Made by a program: the position numbers and the translations under genes
Origin: an uncultured Prevotella sp.
Lineage (GTDB): Bacteria; Bacteroidota; Bacteroidia; Bacteroidales; Bacteroidaceae
Length of the DNA stretch: 64,000 bases
Assembly (NCBI GenBank): GCA_900770845.1
Contig: CAAGLS010000131.1
Coordinates: forward strand, 214-64,213
Direction of reading: 5' to 3'
Notes under the pieces: model-generated
What the model saw: the letters and a program-made list of their open reading frames with translations, nothing else
Database searches by the model: none
What the model was told of the DNA's origin: nothing
Shown here: positions 30,404 through 40,162 of the stretch, piece after piece
Layout of the letters: every line of letters begins with the position of its first letter
Position numbering within the stretch: position 1 is the first letter of the stretch

Positions 30404-31232
30404 AAAAGAGGAATCTGATATAGGCACGGTCGTCGAATGACTTCTGGTTTCTTCTCCAGCCTTTCGTGGCCTTGAAGTTTCCAATGCATAGAGGGTCGTC
30501 TTTCAATTGGCGCGCCAAGAGGTCTTCGCTCTCGCTGAGTGTGGGGCGAAGAAAAGGATAGCCGTCGGTGGCAAGCACAATCTCCTTGGGTTGGGCTTGC
30601 CACAGTCCCAACTTGCGGATGTTCAGACAGCGGGTCTTGCCCATCGGAATCTTGAACCCGTCGACCACGCTGTACTTGATGTTCTCGTATTTCATGGAGT
30701 TGACAAGTTCGGGCAGGATGGCACTTCGGCCAACATCGTTGCTGCGGAGCTCTTCCACAGTGGCTCCCTCCCTCAGGGCGCCGCGCAGCACCTGGGAGCG
30801 GATGCCGGCCAGCATCGCCTCGCCCGGCTTGGGGTTGTCGAAATAGCGTCCGCCGATGATGCACTGGCAATCGCCTATCATCCACACCTCATGGCGATAG
30901 CGCGAGTAGACAACCACGCTGGCGCACAGACGCTGCTCGGGGTGCGCCAGCAGCCTTTCTTTCACGGCGGATTCTGAAGGATAGGCCGAGGCGAGGGCGC
31001 GCGTCAGTCGTGTGGCGGCTATCTTGATGGTCGCCGCAAGGGGCAGGGCGGCTACGGCATCCTTGATCAGCAGCATGGCGTAGCGGCCGTTGGTCATCTG
31101 CGGATTGATGCGGAGCGGCGTCTTGCTCGTGCTGCCGTCGATAACGGCTATGAAGTCGTCAGTGACTGCTATGCCGTCCTCGCTCAGCTCGTCGCTGACC
31201 TTCCCTCTTATCAGGCTGTCGATGATTGTCAT
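30402..31232 (-). CDS. Hypothetical protein (about 276 aa), last gene of the ygiQ operon. Weak PPM/PP2C-like phosphatase motif pattern (…IDGSTSK…IGDCQC…LATDGYPF…).
   Basis: ORF 30402..31322, start tentatively at MTIIDSLIRGK. That start would overlap the ygiQ 3' end by about 74 nt, and a later start is possible. The fold assignment is inference only. Confidence 0.45.
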   Translation of the reverse strand: MTIIDSLIRGKVSDELSEDGIAVTDDFIAVIDGSTSKTPLRINPQMTNGRYAMLLIKDAVAALPLAATIKIAATRLTRALASAYPSESAVKERLLAHPEQRLCASVVVYSRYRHEVWMIGDCQCIIGGRYFDNPKPGEAMLAGIRSQVLRGALREGATVEELRSNDVGRSAILPELVNSMKYENIKYSVVDGFKIPMGKTRCLNIRKLGLWQAQPKEIVLATDGYPFLRPTLSESEDLLARQLKDDPLCIGNFKATKGWRRNQKSFDDRAYIRFLF

Positions 31233-33204
31233 GATTGAAATTCGGATTGAAACTCTTTTTCTTCTTGTCCTTATGTTGCCCTTTGGCGTGTTGCTGTCCG
31301 TTGGGCTGTGGCGTGGAGCCAATGGGGCGGTCGTCGAAGCTGACGCGGCCGCGGGGCATTGGTCTTCCGCTGTAGAGCTTTTGCAGCAGGTCGCGTCGGC
31401 CCAGACGGGAGAGCTCGCGCTCTATGCCGCCGCGCGCCTCGGGCTTGTACCAGAAGAAGAACTGCCGCTGGGCCAGCTTCTCCCTCTGGGTCTTGGCCGA
31501 GAACACTGGTTCCAGCGTGTAGGGGTTGTAGCCTGTATACCACATCTCGGTGCTCACCGTCATGGGCGTGGGGGTGAAGTCCTGCACCTGCTCCAGGTGG
31601 AAGTCCAAGTCCTTTGTGATGACGGCCAGCTCGGCCATGTCCTCTTCATGGCAGCCGGGGTGGGAACTGATGAAGTAGGGGATGATTTGCTGGTTGAGGC
31701 CCTCTTCCCGATTGATGCGCTCGAAGATGCGCTTGAAGTCGTAGAACTGGCTGAACGACGGTTTGCGCATCAGGGCCAACACCCTGTCGGAGGTATGTTC
31801 GGGCGCCACTTTCAGTCGTCCGCTCACATGCCGGGTGATGAGCTCGCGGGTGTATTGGCGGGCGCTGGCGTTGGCTTTCTCGTCCTTGCTCTTATATAAT
31901 AATAGGTCGTAGCGAACACCGCTGCCAATGAAGCTCTTCTTGATGCCCGGCAGCGCGTCGACGGCATGGTAGATGTCGAGCAGGCGGCTGTGGTCGGTGT
32001 CGAGGTTGGGGCATACCTGTGGGTTGATGCACGATGGGCGCTTGCAGTGCTCGCAGGCTTTGAGGTTGCGGCCGTGCATGCCGTACATGTTTGCCGAGGG
32101 GCCGCCAAGGTCGCTCAGATAGCCTTTGAAGCCGGGCATGGCTGCCACTTGGCGCACTTCGCGCAGGATGCTCTCCTTGGAGCGGCAGCTGATGAATTTG
32201 CCCTGATGGGCCGATATCGTGCAGAAGGCACACCCTCCGAAGCAGCCCCGGTGGATGTTGACCGAGAACTTGATCATTTCGTAGGCGGGGATGGTCTTGC
32301 CGCGGTACTTGGGGTGGGGAAGCCGCGTGTAGGGCAGGTCGAAAGAAGCGTCAATCTCTTCGGTGGTCATGGGCGGGTAGGGAGCGTTCACCACCACGTA
32401 TTTGTTGCCCACGGCCTGAAGCAGACGCTGGGCGTGCATCTTGTTGGCCTCTTCCTCGATATGGCGGAAGTTTTCGGCCTCAGCCTTCTTGTCGTGCAGA
32501 CACTCCTCGTGAGAATGAAGCACGATGTCGGCCTCGCTGATGCCATTGGGTATGTCTTCTTTCCTGCGCAGAAACGCGGTTTGCGGAATGTCCTCTATCT
32601 GGTCGATGCCCATCCCCTCGGCCATTTCCTCAGCCAGCCTCACGATGGGCTTTTCTCCCATGCCATAGATGATCATGTCTGCACCCGAATCGCAGAGGAT
32701 GCTGGGGCGCACCTTGTCTTGCCAGTAGTCGTAGTGAGTGAGCCGCCGCATTGAGGCTTCTATTCCACCGAGCACTACCGGCACGTCGGGAAAGAGTTTC
32801 TTCAGAATTTGGGTGTAGACGATGGAGGGGTAGTCGGGCCTCATGTCGTGGCGGCCGTCGGGACTGTAGTCGTCGCTGGAACGCAGGCGCTTGTTGGCCG
32901 TATAGCGGTTGACCATGGAGTCCATGGCTCCAGCCGAGACACCGAAGAAGAGGCGCGGACGCCCCAACTTCTTGAAGTCGCGGAAGTCGCCGTGCCAGTC
33001 GGGTTGCGGCACGATGGCCACCCTATAGCCCGCGGCTTCGAGGGTGCGGCCTATCACGGCGGCTCCGAACGACGGATGGTCTACGTAGGCATCGCCGGAG
33101 AAGAAGATGACGTCCAGCTCATCCCATCCGCGAAGCTCGCATTCCTTCTTCGTCGTTGGGAGGAAGTCGGTGAGCCGGTATCCTTGATTGTCCTGTTGGC
33201 TCAC
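31159..33204 (-). CDS. ygiQ: YgiQ-family radical SAM protein (UPF0313)
   Basis: 681 aa. N-terminal YgiQ region, CxxxCxxC radical-SAM cluster motif (CFGGCAFC). Low-complexity basic C-terminal tail typical of YgiQ. Confidence 0.85.
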   Translation of the reverse strand: MSQQDNQGYRLTDFLPTTKKECELRGWDELDVIFFSGDAYVDHPSFGAAVIGRTLEAAGYRVAIVPQPDWHGDFRDFKKLGRPRLFFGVSAGAMDSMVNRYTANKRLRSSDDYSPDGRHDMRPDYPSIVYTQILKKLFPDVPVVLGGIEASMRRLTHYDYWQDKVRPSILCDSGADMIIYGMGEKPIVRLAEEMAEGMGIDQIEDIPQTAFLRRKEDIPNGISEADIVLHSHEECLHDKKAEAENFRHIEEEANKMHAQRLLQAVGNKYVVVNAPYPPMTTEEIDASFDLPYTRLPHPKYRGKTIPAYEMIKFSVNIHRGCFGGCAFCTISAHQGKFISCRSKESILREVRQVAAMPGFKGYLSDLGGPSANMYGMHGRNLKACEHCKRPSCINPQVCPNLDTDHSRLLDIYHAVDALPGIKKSFIGSGVRYDLLLYKSKDEKANASARQYTRELITRHVSGRLKVAPEHTSDRVLALMRKPSFSQFYDFKRIFERINREEGLNQQIIPYFISSHPGCHEEDMAELAVITKDLDFHLEQVQDFTPTPMTVSTEMWYTGYNPYTLEPVFSAKTQREKLAQRQFFFWYKPEARGGIERELSRLGRRDLLQKLYSGRPMPRGRVSFDDRPIGSTPQPNGQQHAKGQHKDKKKKSFNPNFNHDNHRQPDKREGQRRAERGRHSSH

Positions 33205-33527
33205 TGCTGCTCGTTGTTGTTTTCCAGACTCTTTTCCTGCTTCTTCTTCCAGTCGAGATAGAGGAGGACAAGCTGGTGGAGGCCGAATGCTTTCATGTTG
33301 GAATTGTAGATGACGTCGAGGCAGAGGTCGAGCAGGTCGTTGTCGGTTCCCGTGCCGCTCTCCAATAGTGAGCGCACATTGAATTTGAGCTTGTCGAGTA
33401 CGGTCTCGTCGATGATGCCATTGCTGTCGACAAGGTTGCGCAGCAGTTGGTATTTGTCTATCGTTTGAAGATGCTTCTCCGACACCTCTATGCTGCGGGT
33501 GCCAGAAACGTTGGCTTGTATTTTCAT
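33201..33527 (-). CDS. Small hypothetical protein (108 aa), first gene of the ygiQ operon
   Basis: Its stop overlaps the ygiQ start by 4 nt (ATGA-type coupling). No recognisable domain. Confidence 0.5.
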   Translation of the reverse strand: MKIQANVSGTRSIEVSEKHLQTIDKYQLLRNLVDSNGIIDETVLDKLKFNVRSLLESGTGTDNDLLDLCLDVIYNSNMKAFGLHQLVLLYLDWKKKQEKSLENNNEQQ

Positions 33528-33543
33528 ATTATCTGAGTTTGAG

Positions 33544-36456
33544 TTATTTTAAGAGGAACTGCCAGATGCCCTTCATCAGTTGGCGGCGTGTCGTCGGGCC
33601 GTTGATGACCTCGAAGGGGAATCCCATAGTGAAGGTGCGTGTGGAACCGTTGTCGAAAGCCACTGCGGCGCCCATTCCGTTGCTGTACTTCATGGAGCAG
33701 AAAGCTTGCCCCGTGGGGGTGATGGCATCCGAATGGGTGGCGGCATAGTGTTCGGGGTTGGCTTTGTTGATGATGTCGAATGACACGCCCATTCCGTTCA
33801 TTGCGCCCAAGGAGTCGCTGCGCACTTGCCCTTGCCAGGCGCAGTGGAGTACATCGTCAAGCCACGACGACTCGTCGCCCTGAAGCATGTCGCTCGCCAC
33901 ATAGGCTCCACTCACCAACAGTCCACCACCATTGCTGCAAAAGGCTTTGAGCTGCTGGCGTAGTTGCGGGGTGAAGGTCTTGTAATAGGCCGAGGCCTGT
34001 GGCGTATGCTTTTGGAGTCCCAAGATGAGGTCCACTCCTTGGTAGTCGTTGAGCCGCACGCTGCCCGTCTCTACGGCTGTGCGTGAGCAGCTCACAATGT
34101 TGTAGAGGTGGGAAGCGGCAATGTCTTGGGCGTGCGAACGTACATAGTCGAACGTGTTGCCCATGAGGAAATGCCCGGCCAGCTCGTTGCCGCTGTAGCC
34201 CAGCCCCGTTTCCGACTCGGAACCCATGTTTGCGCGGTTGAACGAGACTTGCTTCCCGCTCCAGCCTGCCGTGAGACCGTAGCTTACTCCCTCATCCGCG
34301 TCGAGGTCAAAGCCCTGCCGGGTGGCGTCGTTGATGACCGCAGGAGCCGACAAGCGTTGGAATCCGTCGACGATGACGACTGTCTTTCTTGCCTTTGGCT
34401 CATAGCAGACCGACAACACCTCCGAGGGGAAACTCTCACCTCCGCGATTGACGCTTGTGATGCGGAAACTGTAGACTACGCCGGGTGTGAGTTCCACTTC
34501 CATAAAGGGTCGCTTCACACTGGTTCCGTTGTCGAACCCGCTTGTTCCGGTGGCCATATAGACATTGTAGGTAGTGGGGTGGGCGGTAGGTTCCAGCGGG
34601 TCGTCCTGTGCTGCCCATGTGAGGCGGGCCTTGCCGTCTGACAGTGTAGCCGAGAAATGGGTCGGTGGCAGGGGCTGCACTATGCAGGAACGGCCGTGCT
34701 GGCCGTTGACAAAGCGCAGCATGGTCTTATAGAGCGAGCGGGCCAAGGCAAACCGGAAGTTTGGATCTTGGCCGCGAACCATGTCGGGAAAGTTTTGGTG
34801 CGACATGGTCTCGATGATGGCCGAGGGCACCTCTGGCAGTCGTGTCTCGGAATAGTTGCGGTCCCAAAGATAGCGTCGGTTCCATTTCTTGTAGATGGAG
34901 GGTATGTCGCGCATGATGCCGTCGAGCAGAGCCTTGGCAAAATCCTTGCTTGTCTGCCGTGAGATTCCCGAGTTGAGTCGTCCGTCGTTGAAATTGGTGG
35001 TACAGATGGCCAGAGAACCGATGATGTCATTGCCATTGGGCGCATAGCCTGCGTCGCTGTGAACGGCCAACGACAGTTCCAAAGGGACTTTCTTGCCCTC
35101 AAGCAGCGGCATGTAGACACTGCCGCCGCCCAGCCAGTTGCTCATGAGTGAACGCACGTTGATGTCGTCGCCATAGTCGTCGGTTCCGTTCTTCGTGCTG
35201 TAGTATCGGTAGGGAGTTCCCGCCCATTGGGCATAGTAGCGTGCGCCCTCCAGGCAGCGGGGCAGTCCGCTCGTTGAGCCGCCCCGCTCTATATTTCCCA
35301 TGCCGCCGCCGAAGCGCACCGCATCGGTCGTCACCAGTCCCCGCGTCTTGGACAGGTTGGTCACGACCACTTGGTTGTAGGGAGAGCATCCTTGGTCGAA
35401 GTCGAACGTGCCTAAATAGACCCACGTGCCGCCTCCCATGCGCTGGTTGACATGGAAGCGGGTCTCCTGTCCCTTGTGGCAGACGATGTATTCCGCATCG
35501 GGAACGCTGCCGTCGACAGTGGCATAGCTTACGTATACGGCATATCTGCCCGCCTTTTGGAGATGGGGGCGATAGACGGTCTGGGAGAGGTTCTTGTCTT
35601 TCTTCTGCGTGAGGTTCATCCTCACCGTGCCGTTGGCAAAGGGATTCTCTCCCATCTGGTAGTTGCCCGAGTGCCAGGCGAAGCCCTTGCCCGGCGCGTC
35701 CACCCATGAGGACTTGCCCGATGTCTCCTTATAATAGGAAGCATTGGAGGAGCCGTTGTTGTCTACGATGACCTCTTCGGTCTGCCAGTCGCGCTCACGT
35801 GGGGTGAAGACATTGGCTCCGGCGTTCTCAAGCATGGGGATGAGGTAGGGCACGACGATGGTCTGGGTGAACAAGTCCTCGGTGGTGCAGAACAGATTAG
35901 GCCTTTGCCATTTCCACACTCCCTTGTTGTTGTCGTAGTAGCGGCCATGTGATGCCCACACCACAAGATGCCTGTTGAAGAGTCCGTGCGAAGGGTGGCT
36001 GGGGGCAGAGACGTTTGTCACCCATGGCAAGCCGTCGTAGTCGGTGGAGCCCCACGCACCCTTGTAGCTTGTAGCGTCGATGGCCAGCTCTTCGATGAGC
36101 GAGCCGTTGGTTCGGATTCGTATCTTGTAGTCGTCGTAGGGGTGGGGGAGCGCCTTCCTTACTTTCTTGTAAATCTTCTCTACAGACTTTCGTGTGAACT
36201 GCTGTTGTGAGAAGTACTCGTCCATGGTGATGTTGACCGTGGATTTGCTGTCGTCGATGGCCAGCTTCTTCATCTTTGCTGGCTGGAGCAATTCCCCCTC
36301 CTTTGGCTTGTAAGTGTAGAAATAGGCACTAAGTCTTCTTTCCGCCTTCTCTTTGAGGGCGGTGCTTTGAGCGTCGACGGTGGTTGTGGCCATCAACAAG
36401 CCGGCAATCAGGAGCGTGTTTCTTATTATCTTGCTATTGTCTCTTTGGAAATTCAT
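33544..36456 (-). CDS. Large secreted protein (970 aa). It has amidase_3-like segments and a fibronectin-III-like segment. Homologues are often annotated as xanthan-lyase-like or N-acetylmuramoyl-L-alanine amidase family.
   Basis: Signal peptide (…LLIAGLLMATTTVDAQ). HSDAG/WASHGRYY amidase-like motifs. Function not established. Confidence 0.5.
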   Translation of the reverse strand: MNFQRDNSKIIRNTLLIAGLLMATTTVDAQSTALKEKAERRLSAYFYTYKPKEGELLQPAKMKKLAIDDSKSTVNITMDEYFSQQQFTRKSVEKIYKKVRKALPHPYDDYKIRIRTNGSLIEELAIDATSYKGAWGSTDYDGLPWVTNVSAPSHPSHGLFNRHLVVWASHGRYYDNNKGVWKWQRPNLFCTTEDLFTQTIVVPYLIPMLENAGANVFTPRERDWQTEEVIVDNNGSSNASYYKETSGKSSWVDAPGKGFAWHSGNYQMGENPFANGTVRMNLTQKKDKNLSQTVYRPHLQKAGRYAVYVSYATVDGSVPDAEYIVCHKGQETRFHVNQRMGGGTWVYLGTFDFDQGCSPYNQVVVTNLSKTRGLVTTDAVRFGGGMGNIERGGSTSGLPRCLEGARYYAQWAGTPYRYYSTKNGTDDYGDDINVRSLMSNWLGGGSVYMPLLEGKKVPLELSLAVHSDAGYAPNGNDIIGSLAICTTNFNDGRLNSGISRQTSKDFAKALLDGIMRDIPSIYKKWNRRYLWDRNYSETRLPEVPSAIIETMSHQNFPDMVRGQDPNFRFALARSLYKTMLRFVNGQHGRSCIVQPLPPTHFSATLSDGKARLTWAAQDDPLEPTAHPTTYNVYMATGTSGFDNGTSVKRPFMEVELTPGVVYSFRITSVNRGGESFPSEVLSVCYEPKARKTVVIVDGFQRLSAPAVINDATRQGFDLDADEGVSYGLTAGWSGKQVSFNRANMGSESETGLGYSGNELAGHFLMGNTFDYVRSHAQDIAASHLYNIVSCSRTAVETGSVRLNDYQGVDLILGLQKHTPQASAYYKTFTPQLRQQLKAFCSNGGGLLVSGAYVASDMLQGDESSWLDDVLHCAWQGQVRSDSLGAMNGMGVSFDIINKANPEHYAATHSDAITPTGQAFCSMKYSNGMGAAVAFDNGSTRTFTMGFPFEVINGPTTRRQLMKGIWQFLLK

Positions 36457-36494
36457 TATCGGTTAGTTTTCCCTCTGTCGGAATCCCCTGCCTC

Positions 36495-37049
36495 TCAGAT
36501 GCCCGTGACGAAGTTCTCAGGCTTCTTGCCCTTGAAGCTTTGGTAATAGAGCTTGATGTCTCTCATATCCTTCTCAGCATTGCCCGATGGGTTGATGACC
36601 TTGGTGCATTGGATGAGCTTGCGTTCATAGTCCACTCCAAAGAGCAGGATGGGTATCTGGGCTTTGAGGGCGATATAGTAGAAGCCATGTTTCCAGTCGG
36701 GATTTGGCGAGCGTGTGCCCTCTGGGGTGATGCAGAGGCGAAAGTCGTCGCGTCTTTTGGCCTCGTCGGCCAGCTGGTCGGTCAAGCTGCAGTGCTTGGA
36801 ACGCCATACGGGAATGCCTCCGATGTGTCGGAACCAAGCGCCCAAGGGGCCTTTGAACCATTCCTTCTTCATCAGGAAGTTGATGTGCATGTTCTCAGCG
36901 CGCATGTAGAGCTGGCCGACGACGAAGTCCCAGTTGCTGGTATGGGGAGCCAGACAGATGATGCATTTGCGGGGGATGGGCTGGGCTACGTTCTTCGTCC
37001 AGCCCATTTTCTTATATAACAGCCAACTATAAATATTAGTTGAGTCCAT
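36495..37049 (-). CDS. Lysophospholipid acyltransferase (PlsC/LPLAT family)
   Basis: 184 aa. HxxxxD acyltransferase motif (APHTSNWDF) and the PEGTR motif. Confidence 0.75.
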   Translation of the reverse strand: MDSTNIYSWLLYKKMGWTKNVAQPIPRKCIICLAPHTSNWDFVVGQLYMRAENMHINFLMKKEWFKGPLGAWFRHIGGIPVWRSKHCSLTDQLADEAKRRDDFRLCITPEGTRSPNPDWKHGFYYIALKAQIPILLFGVDYERKLIQCTKVINPSGNAEKDMRDIKLYYQSFKGKKPENFVTGI

Positions 37050-37308
37050 TCAGCTGGTCGATGATTTCGTTCACGTTCTTGTTGAAGTCCTCCACAACCT
37101 TGGCATAGTATACCTTGCGCTTCATGCCGGGCTCAGGGTGTGAGATGCGGCTGATGAAGTCGCTGTGTATTTTCAGAATGCTTGTCAATATAGCCTCGAC
37201 GGTGTCTTCGTCGGCTTTAGCTCCATAAAGTGAATGGGCAACTCCTTCTGCGAACAGGTCACTGCAAACGTAGTTGATTGATCGTTTTAAATCTCTTTTG
37301 TTAGCCAT
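37036..37308 (-). CDS. Small hypothetical protein (90 aa)
   Basis: 14-nt overlap with the plsC-like start. No recognisable domain. Confidence 0.4.
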   Translation of the reverse strand: MANKRDLKRSINYVCSDLFAEGVAHSLYGAKADEDTVEAILTSILKIHSDFISRISHPEPGMKRKVYYAKVVEDFNKNVNEIIDQLNGLN

Positions 37309-37449
37309 AGCGAATGTATTTTAGATAACAATCTATTTTCAATTCCCAAAATTAGACAAAAATTAGGAACAAACAAATATTTTCATGTTTTTTTTGATTC
37401 TTCACAATGATTTAAGGCCCAATAATTTTAGTTTATCAACGGAAATTCG

Positions 37450-37457
37450 TAATTTTG
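37450..37457 (+). promoter_or_regulatory. -7 promoter box TAATTTTG for pfp
   Basis: Match to TAnnTTTG, 40 bp upstream of the ATG at 37497, inside an AT-rich leader. Confidence 0.4.
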
Positions 37458-37496
37458 CATTGAAATATTGTTCTTAATAAAAAATCGATTCGCAAA

Positions 37497-39137
37497 ATGG
37501 AAATCAGTCTTTTGCAGAAGGAGCGTGCTGCTTATCAGCCGAAACTTCCTAAGGGTCTTCAGGGCGCTGTGAAAGTAGTGGAGGGTGAACCCACTCAGAG
37601 TGTTGGTGATCAGGATGAGATCAAGAAGCTATTCCCCAACACCTATGGAATGCCTCTCGTTGAGTTTGTCAAGGGTGACAAGGAGAATAACCAGAAGATG
37701 AACATTGGTGTGATACTCTCTGGTGGCCAGGCTCCTGGCGGCCACAATGTGATTTGTGGCCTTTTTGATGCCATCAAGAAGATGAACCCCGAGAACCGGC
37801 TCTATGGATTCCTAATGGGGCCCGGCGGCCTTGTGGACCATGAGTACAAGGAACTCACCGCTGACATTATCGACCAGTACCGCAACACGGGTGGCTTCGA
37901 CATGATTGGTTCAGGAAGAACGAAACTTGAGAAAGAAGACCAATTCGAGAAAGGTCTCCAAATTATCCGCAAGCTCGACATCAAGGCCATTGTGATTATC
38001 GGTGGCGACGACTCCAACACCAATGCCTGTGTGCTTGCAGAATACTATGCTGCCAAGAAATATGGCGTGCAGGTCATTGGCTGTCCCAAGACAATCGATG
38101 GTGACCTCAAGAACGAGCAGATTGAGACTTCTTTTGGCTTCGACACGGCCACAAAGACTTATTCTGAGATTATCGGCAACATTGAGCGCGACTGCAACTC
38201 GGCCCGCAAATACTGGCACTTCATCAAGTTGATGGGTCGCTCGGCCTCGCACATCGCCTTGGAGTGCGCCCTCCAGACACACCCCAACATCTGCTTGATT
38301 TCCGAGGAGATTCAGGAGAAGGATTATACCCTCAACCAGATAGTGGAGCGCATCGCAACGTCGGTGGCCCATCGGGCGGAGAGGGGCGACAACTTCGGTG
38401 TGGTCTTGATTCCCGAAGGCCTCATCGAGTTCATCCCCGCCATCGGCCGCTTGATAGCCGAGCTCAACGACCTGCTTGCCGCACATGGCTCAGACTACAA
38501 GGATTTGGCCCCTGCCGAGCAGCGCGCCTACATCTTGGCACATCTGAGCAAGGAGAATGCGGCTACGTTCAAGACTCTGCCAAAAGGCGTGGCACGCCAG
38601 CTTTCCCTCGACCGTGATCCGCATGGAAACGTGCAGGTGTCGCTCATCGAGACCGAGAAGCTTCTCGCCGAGATGGTTGGCGACTTGCTCGCAGAGTGGG
38701 AGAAGGAAGGGAAGTTCAAGGGCAAGTTTGCAGCCCAGCATCATTTCCTCGGCTACGAGGGTCGTTGCGCCGCTCCCTCCAACTTCGACGCAGACTACTG
38801 CTACGCCTTGGGTACTTCGGCTGCCCACCTCATTGCCAATGGCAAGACCGGCTATATGGCAGTCGTGAAGAACACCACCGCCAAGCCAGAAGATTGGAAA
38901 GCCGGCGGCGTGCCTATCACGATGATGATGAACATGGAGCGTCGAAACGGTGAGATGAAGCCTGTTATCCGCAAGGCATTGGTCGACCTCAATGGCAAGC
39001 CGTTCAAGACTTTCGCTGCACAGCGCGACGAATGGGCTAAGACTGCGTCTTATATCTATCCCGGTCCCGTGCAGTATTGGGGTCCTGCGTCTGTGTGCGA
39101 CCAGTGCACCAAGACCTTGAAGCTCGAGCACGAATAA
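37497..39137 (+). CDS. pfp: Diphosphate--fructose-6-phosphate 1-phosphotransferase (PPi-dependent phosphofructokinase)
   Basis: 546 aa, long-form PFK-A family with PPi-PFK signature (GGDDS…, …PKTIDGD…). Confidence 0.88.
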   Translation: MEISLLQKERAAYQPKLPKGLQGAVKVVEGEPTQSVGDQDEIKKLFPNTYGMPLVEFVKGDKENNQKMNIGVILSGGQAPGGHNVICGLFDAIKKMNPENRLYGFLMGPGGLVDHEYKELTADIIDQYRNTGGFDMIGSGRTKLEKEDQFEKGLQIIRKLDIKAIVIIGGDDSNTNACVLAEYYAAKKYGVQVIGCPKTIDGDLKNEQIETSFGFDTATKTYSEIIGNIERDCNSARKYWHFIKLMGRSASHIALECALQTHPNICLISEEIQEKDYTLNQIVERIATSVAHRAERGDNFGVVLIPEGLIEFIPAIGRLIAELNDLLAAHGSDYKDLAPAEQRAYILAHLSKENAATFKTLPKGVARQLSLDRDPHGNVQVSLIETEKLLAEMVGDLLAEWEKEGKFKGKFAAQHHFLGYEGRCAAPSNFDADYCYALGTSAAHLIANGKTGYMAVVKNTTAKPEDWKAGGVPITMMMNMERRNGEMKPVIRKALVDLNGKPFKTFAAQRDEWAKTASYIYPGPVQYWGPASVCDQCTKTLKLEHE

Positions 39138-39159
39138 ACGTAGACATTCCTGACTTTTA

Positions 39160-40008
39160 ATGACCAGTTCACCTAATCCTCCTGAAAAGATTCATCCTGA
39201 CGAAACGACTGGATTCAGTTGGCGTGCGTTGCACGCGCGTTTGCCAAGGTGGTTCTGGTGGTTGGGTGGACTGGTTCTTGTATTTGTCTATGTTTGGATT
39301 TTCTATTATTTCTTCGTCAGTCCCACGGGCTTCCGTTGGCGCGCCCTCTATGGCGACGCCCGCTATCCCCAGGGATACGAGATTCATGGCATAGACATCT
39401 CTCATTATCAAGGCAAGATAGACTGGGTGGAGTTGCGCAACGGCATGATAAGTGGCTGCCCCTTGCGCTTCATCATCATCAAGTCCACGGAAGGCGACAA
39501 GCGTTTGGACGAGAACTTCTATGAGAATTTCCAAGCTGCGCGCGACTATGGCTTCATACGTGGCGCCTACCATTTTTGGAACGACAAGTCGGCTCCGCGC
39601 GAGCAGGCCTATTTCTTTCTGAGCAAGGTGCATCTTGAGGACGGCGACTTGCCTCCTGTGCTCGACATAGAGCACAAGCCCGCCGGCAGAAGTGTGGAGG
39701 ACTTCCAGCGTGACGTGCTCACATGGCTGCATATCGTAGAGGACCGCTACCATGTGAAGCCCATCATCTATACCTATTACAAATTCAAGCAAACTTACCT
39801 CTCGGCCTCCGTCTTCGACGACTATCCTTATTGGATAGCCCACTACTACGTGGACAAGGTGGAATACAAGGGGCCATGGAAATTCTGGCAGCACACCGAT
39901 GCCGGACGCTTGCCGGGCATCAAGGGATATGTTGATTTCAACATCTACAATGGAAGCTTCTACGACTTGAAGAAACTCACCATTGGAAACCAAGACCAAG
40001 AATATTGA
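39160..40008 (+). CDS. GH25-family muramidase (lysozyme) with an N-terminal membrane anchor
   Basis: TM segment (WFWWLGGLVLVFVYVWIFYYFFV). GH25 motifs GIDISHYQG and DxE-type catalytic region. Confidence 0.75.
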   Translation: MTSSPNPPEKIHPDETTGFSWRALHARLPRWFWWLGGLVLVFVYVWIFYYFFVSPTGFRWRALYGDARYPQGYEIHGIDISHYQGKIDWVELRNGMISGCPLRFIIIKSTEGDKRLDENFYENFQAARDYGFIRGAYHFWNDKSAPREQAYFFLSKVHLEDGDLPPVLDIEHKPAGRSVEDFQRDVLTWLHIVEDRYHVKPIIYTYYKFKQTYLSASVFDDYPYWIAHYYVDKVEYKGPWKFWQHTDAGRLPGIKGYVDFNIYNGSFYDLKKLTIGNQDQEY

Positions 40009-40100
40009 TGGCCTACGCCCCCGCGGGCGAGAGGGGCCTCAAGTGCTTTCGCAGGGTCTTGGAGTCACCCCCACCCGCAAAGGATGAATGGAGAGGATAC

Positions 40101-40140
40101 GACAAAGGAGCGCCGGGTCGATGCCCGACGCTCCTTTGTC
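40101..40140. terminator. Bidirectional terminator between the convergent GH25 and fadD genes
   Basis: GACAAAGGAGCG-N16-CGCTCCTTTGTC, a perfect 12-bp stem. Confidence 0.6.
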
Positions 40141-40162
40141 AATATGTAGGTTGAGAATGGAA

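Noticed and set aside
30131-30410. tRNA or tmRNA in the MITE-like region, flagged from 'gtcgtgtagcccgctacgctccc'
   Set aside because: A cloverleaf cannot be drawn, and there are no GTTCRANYC T-loop or CCA features. The hand scan of the window is not exhaustive.
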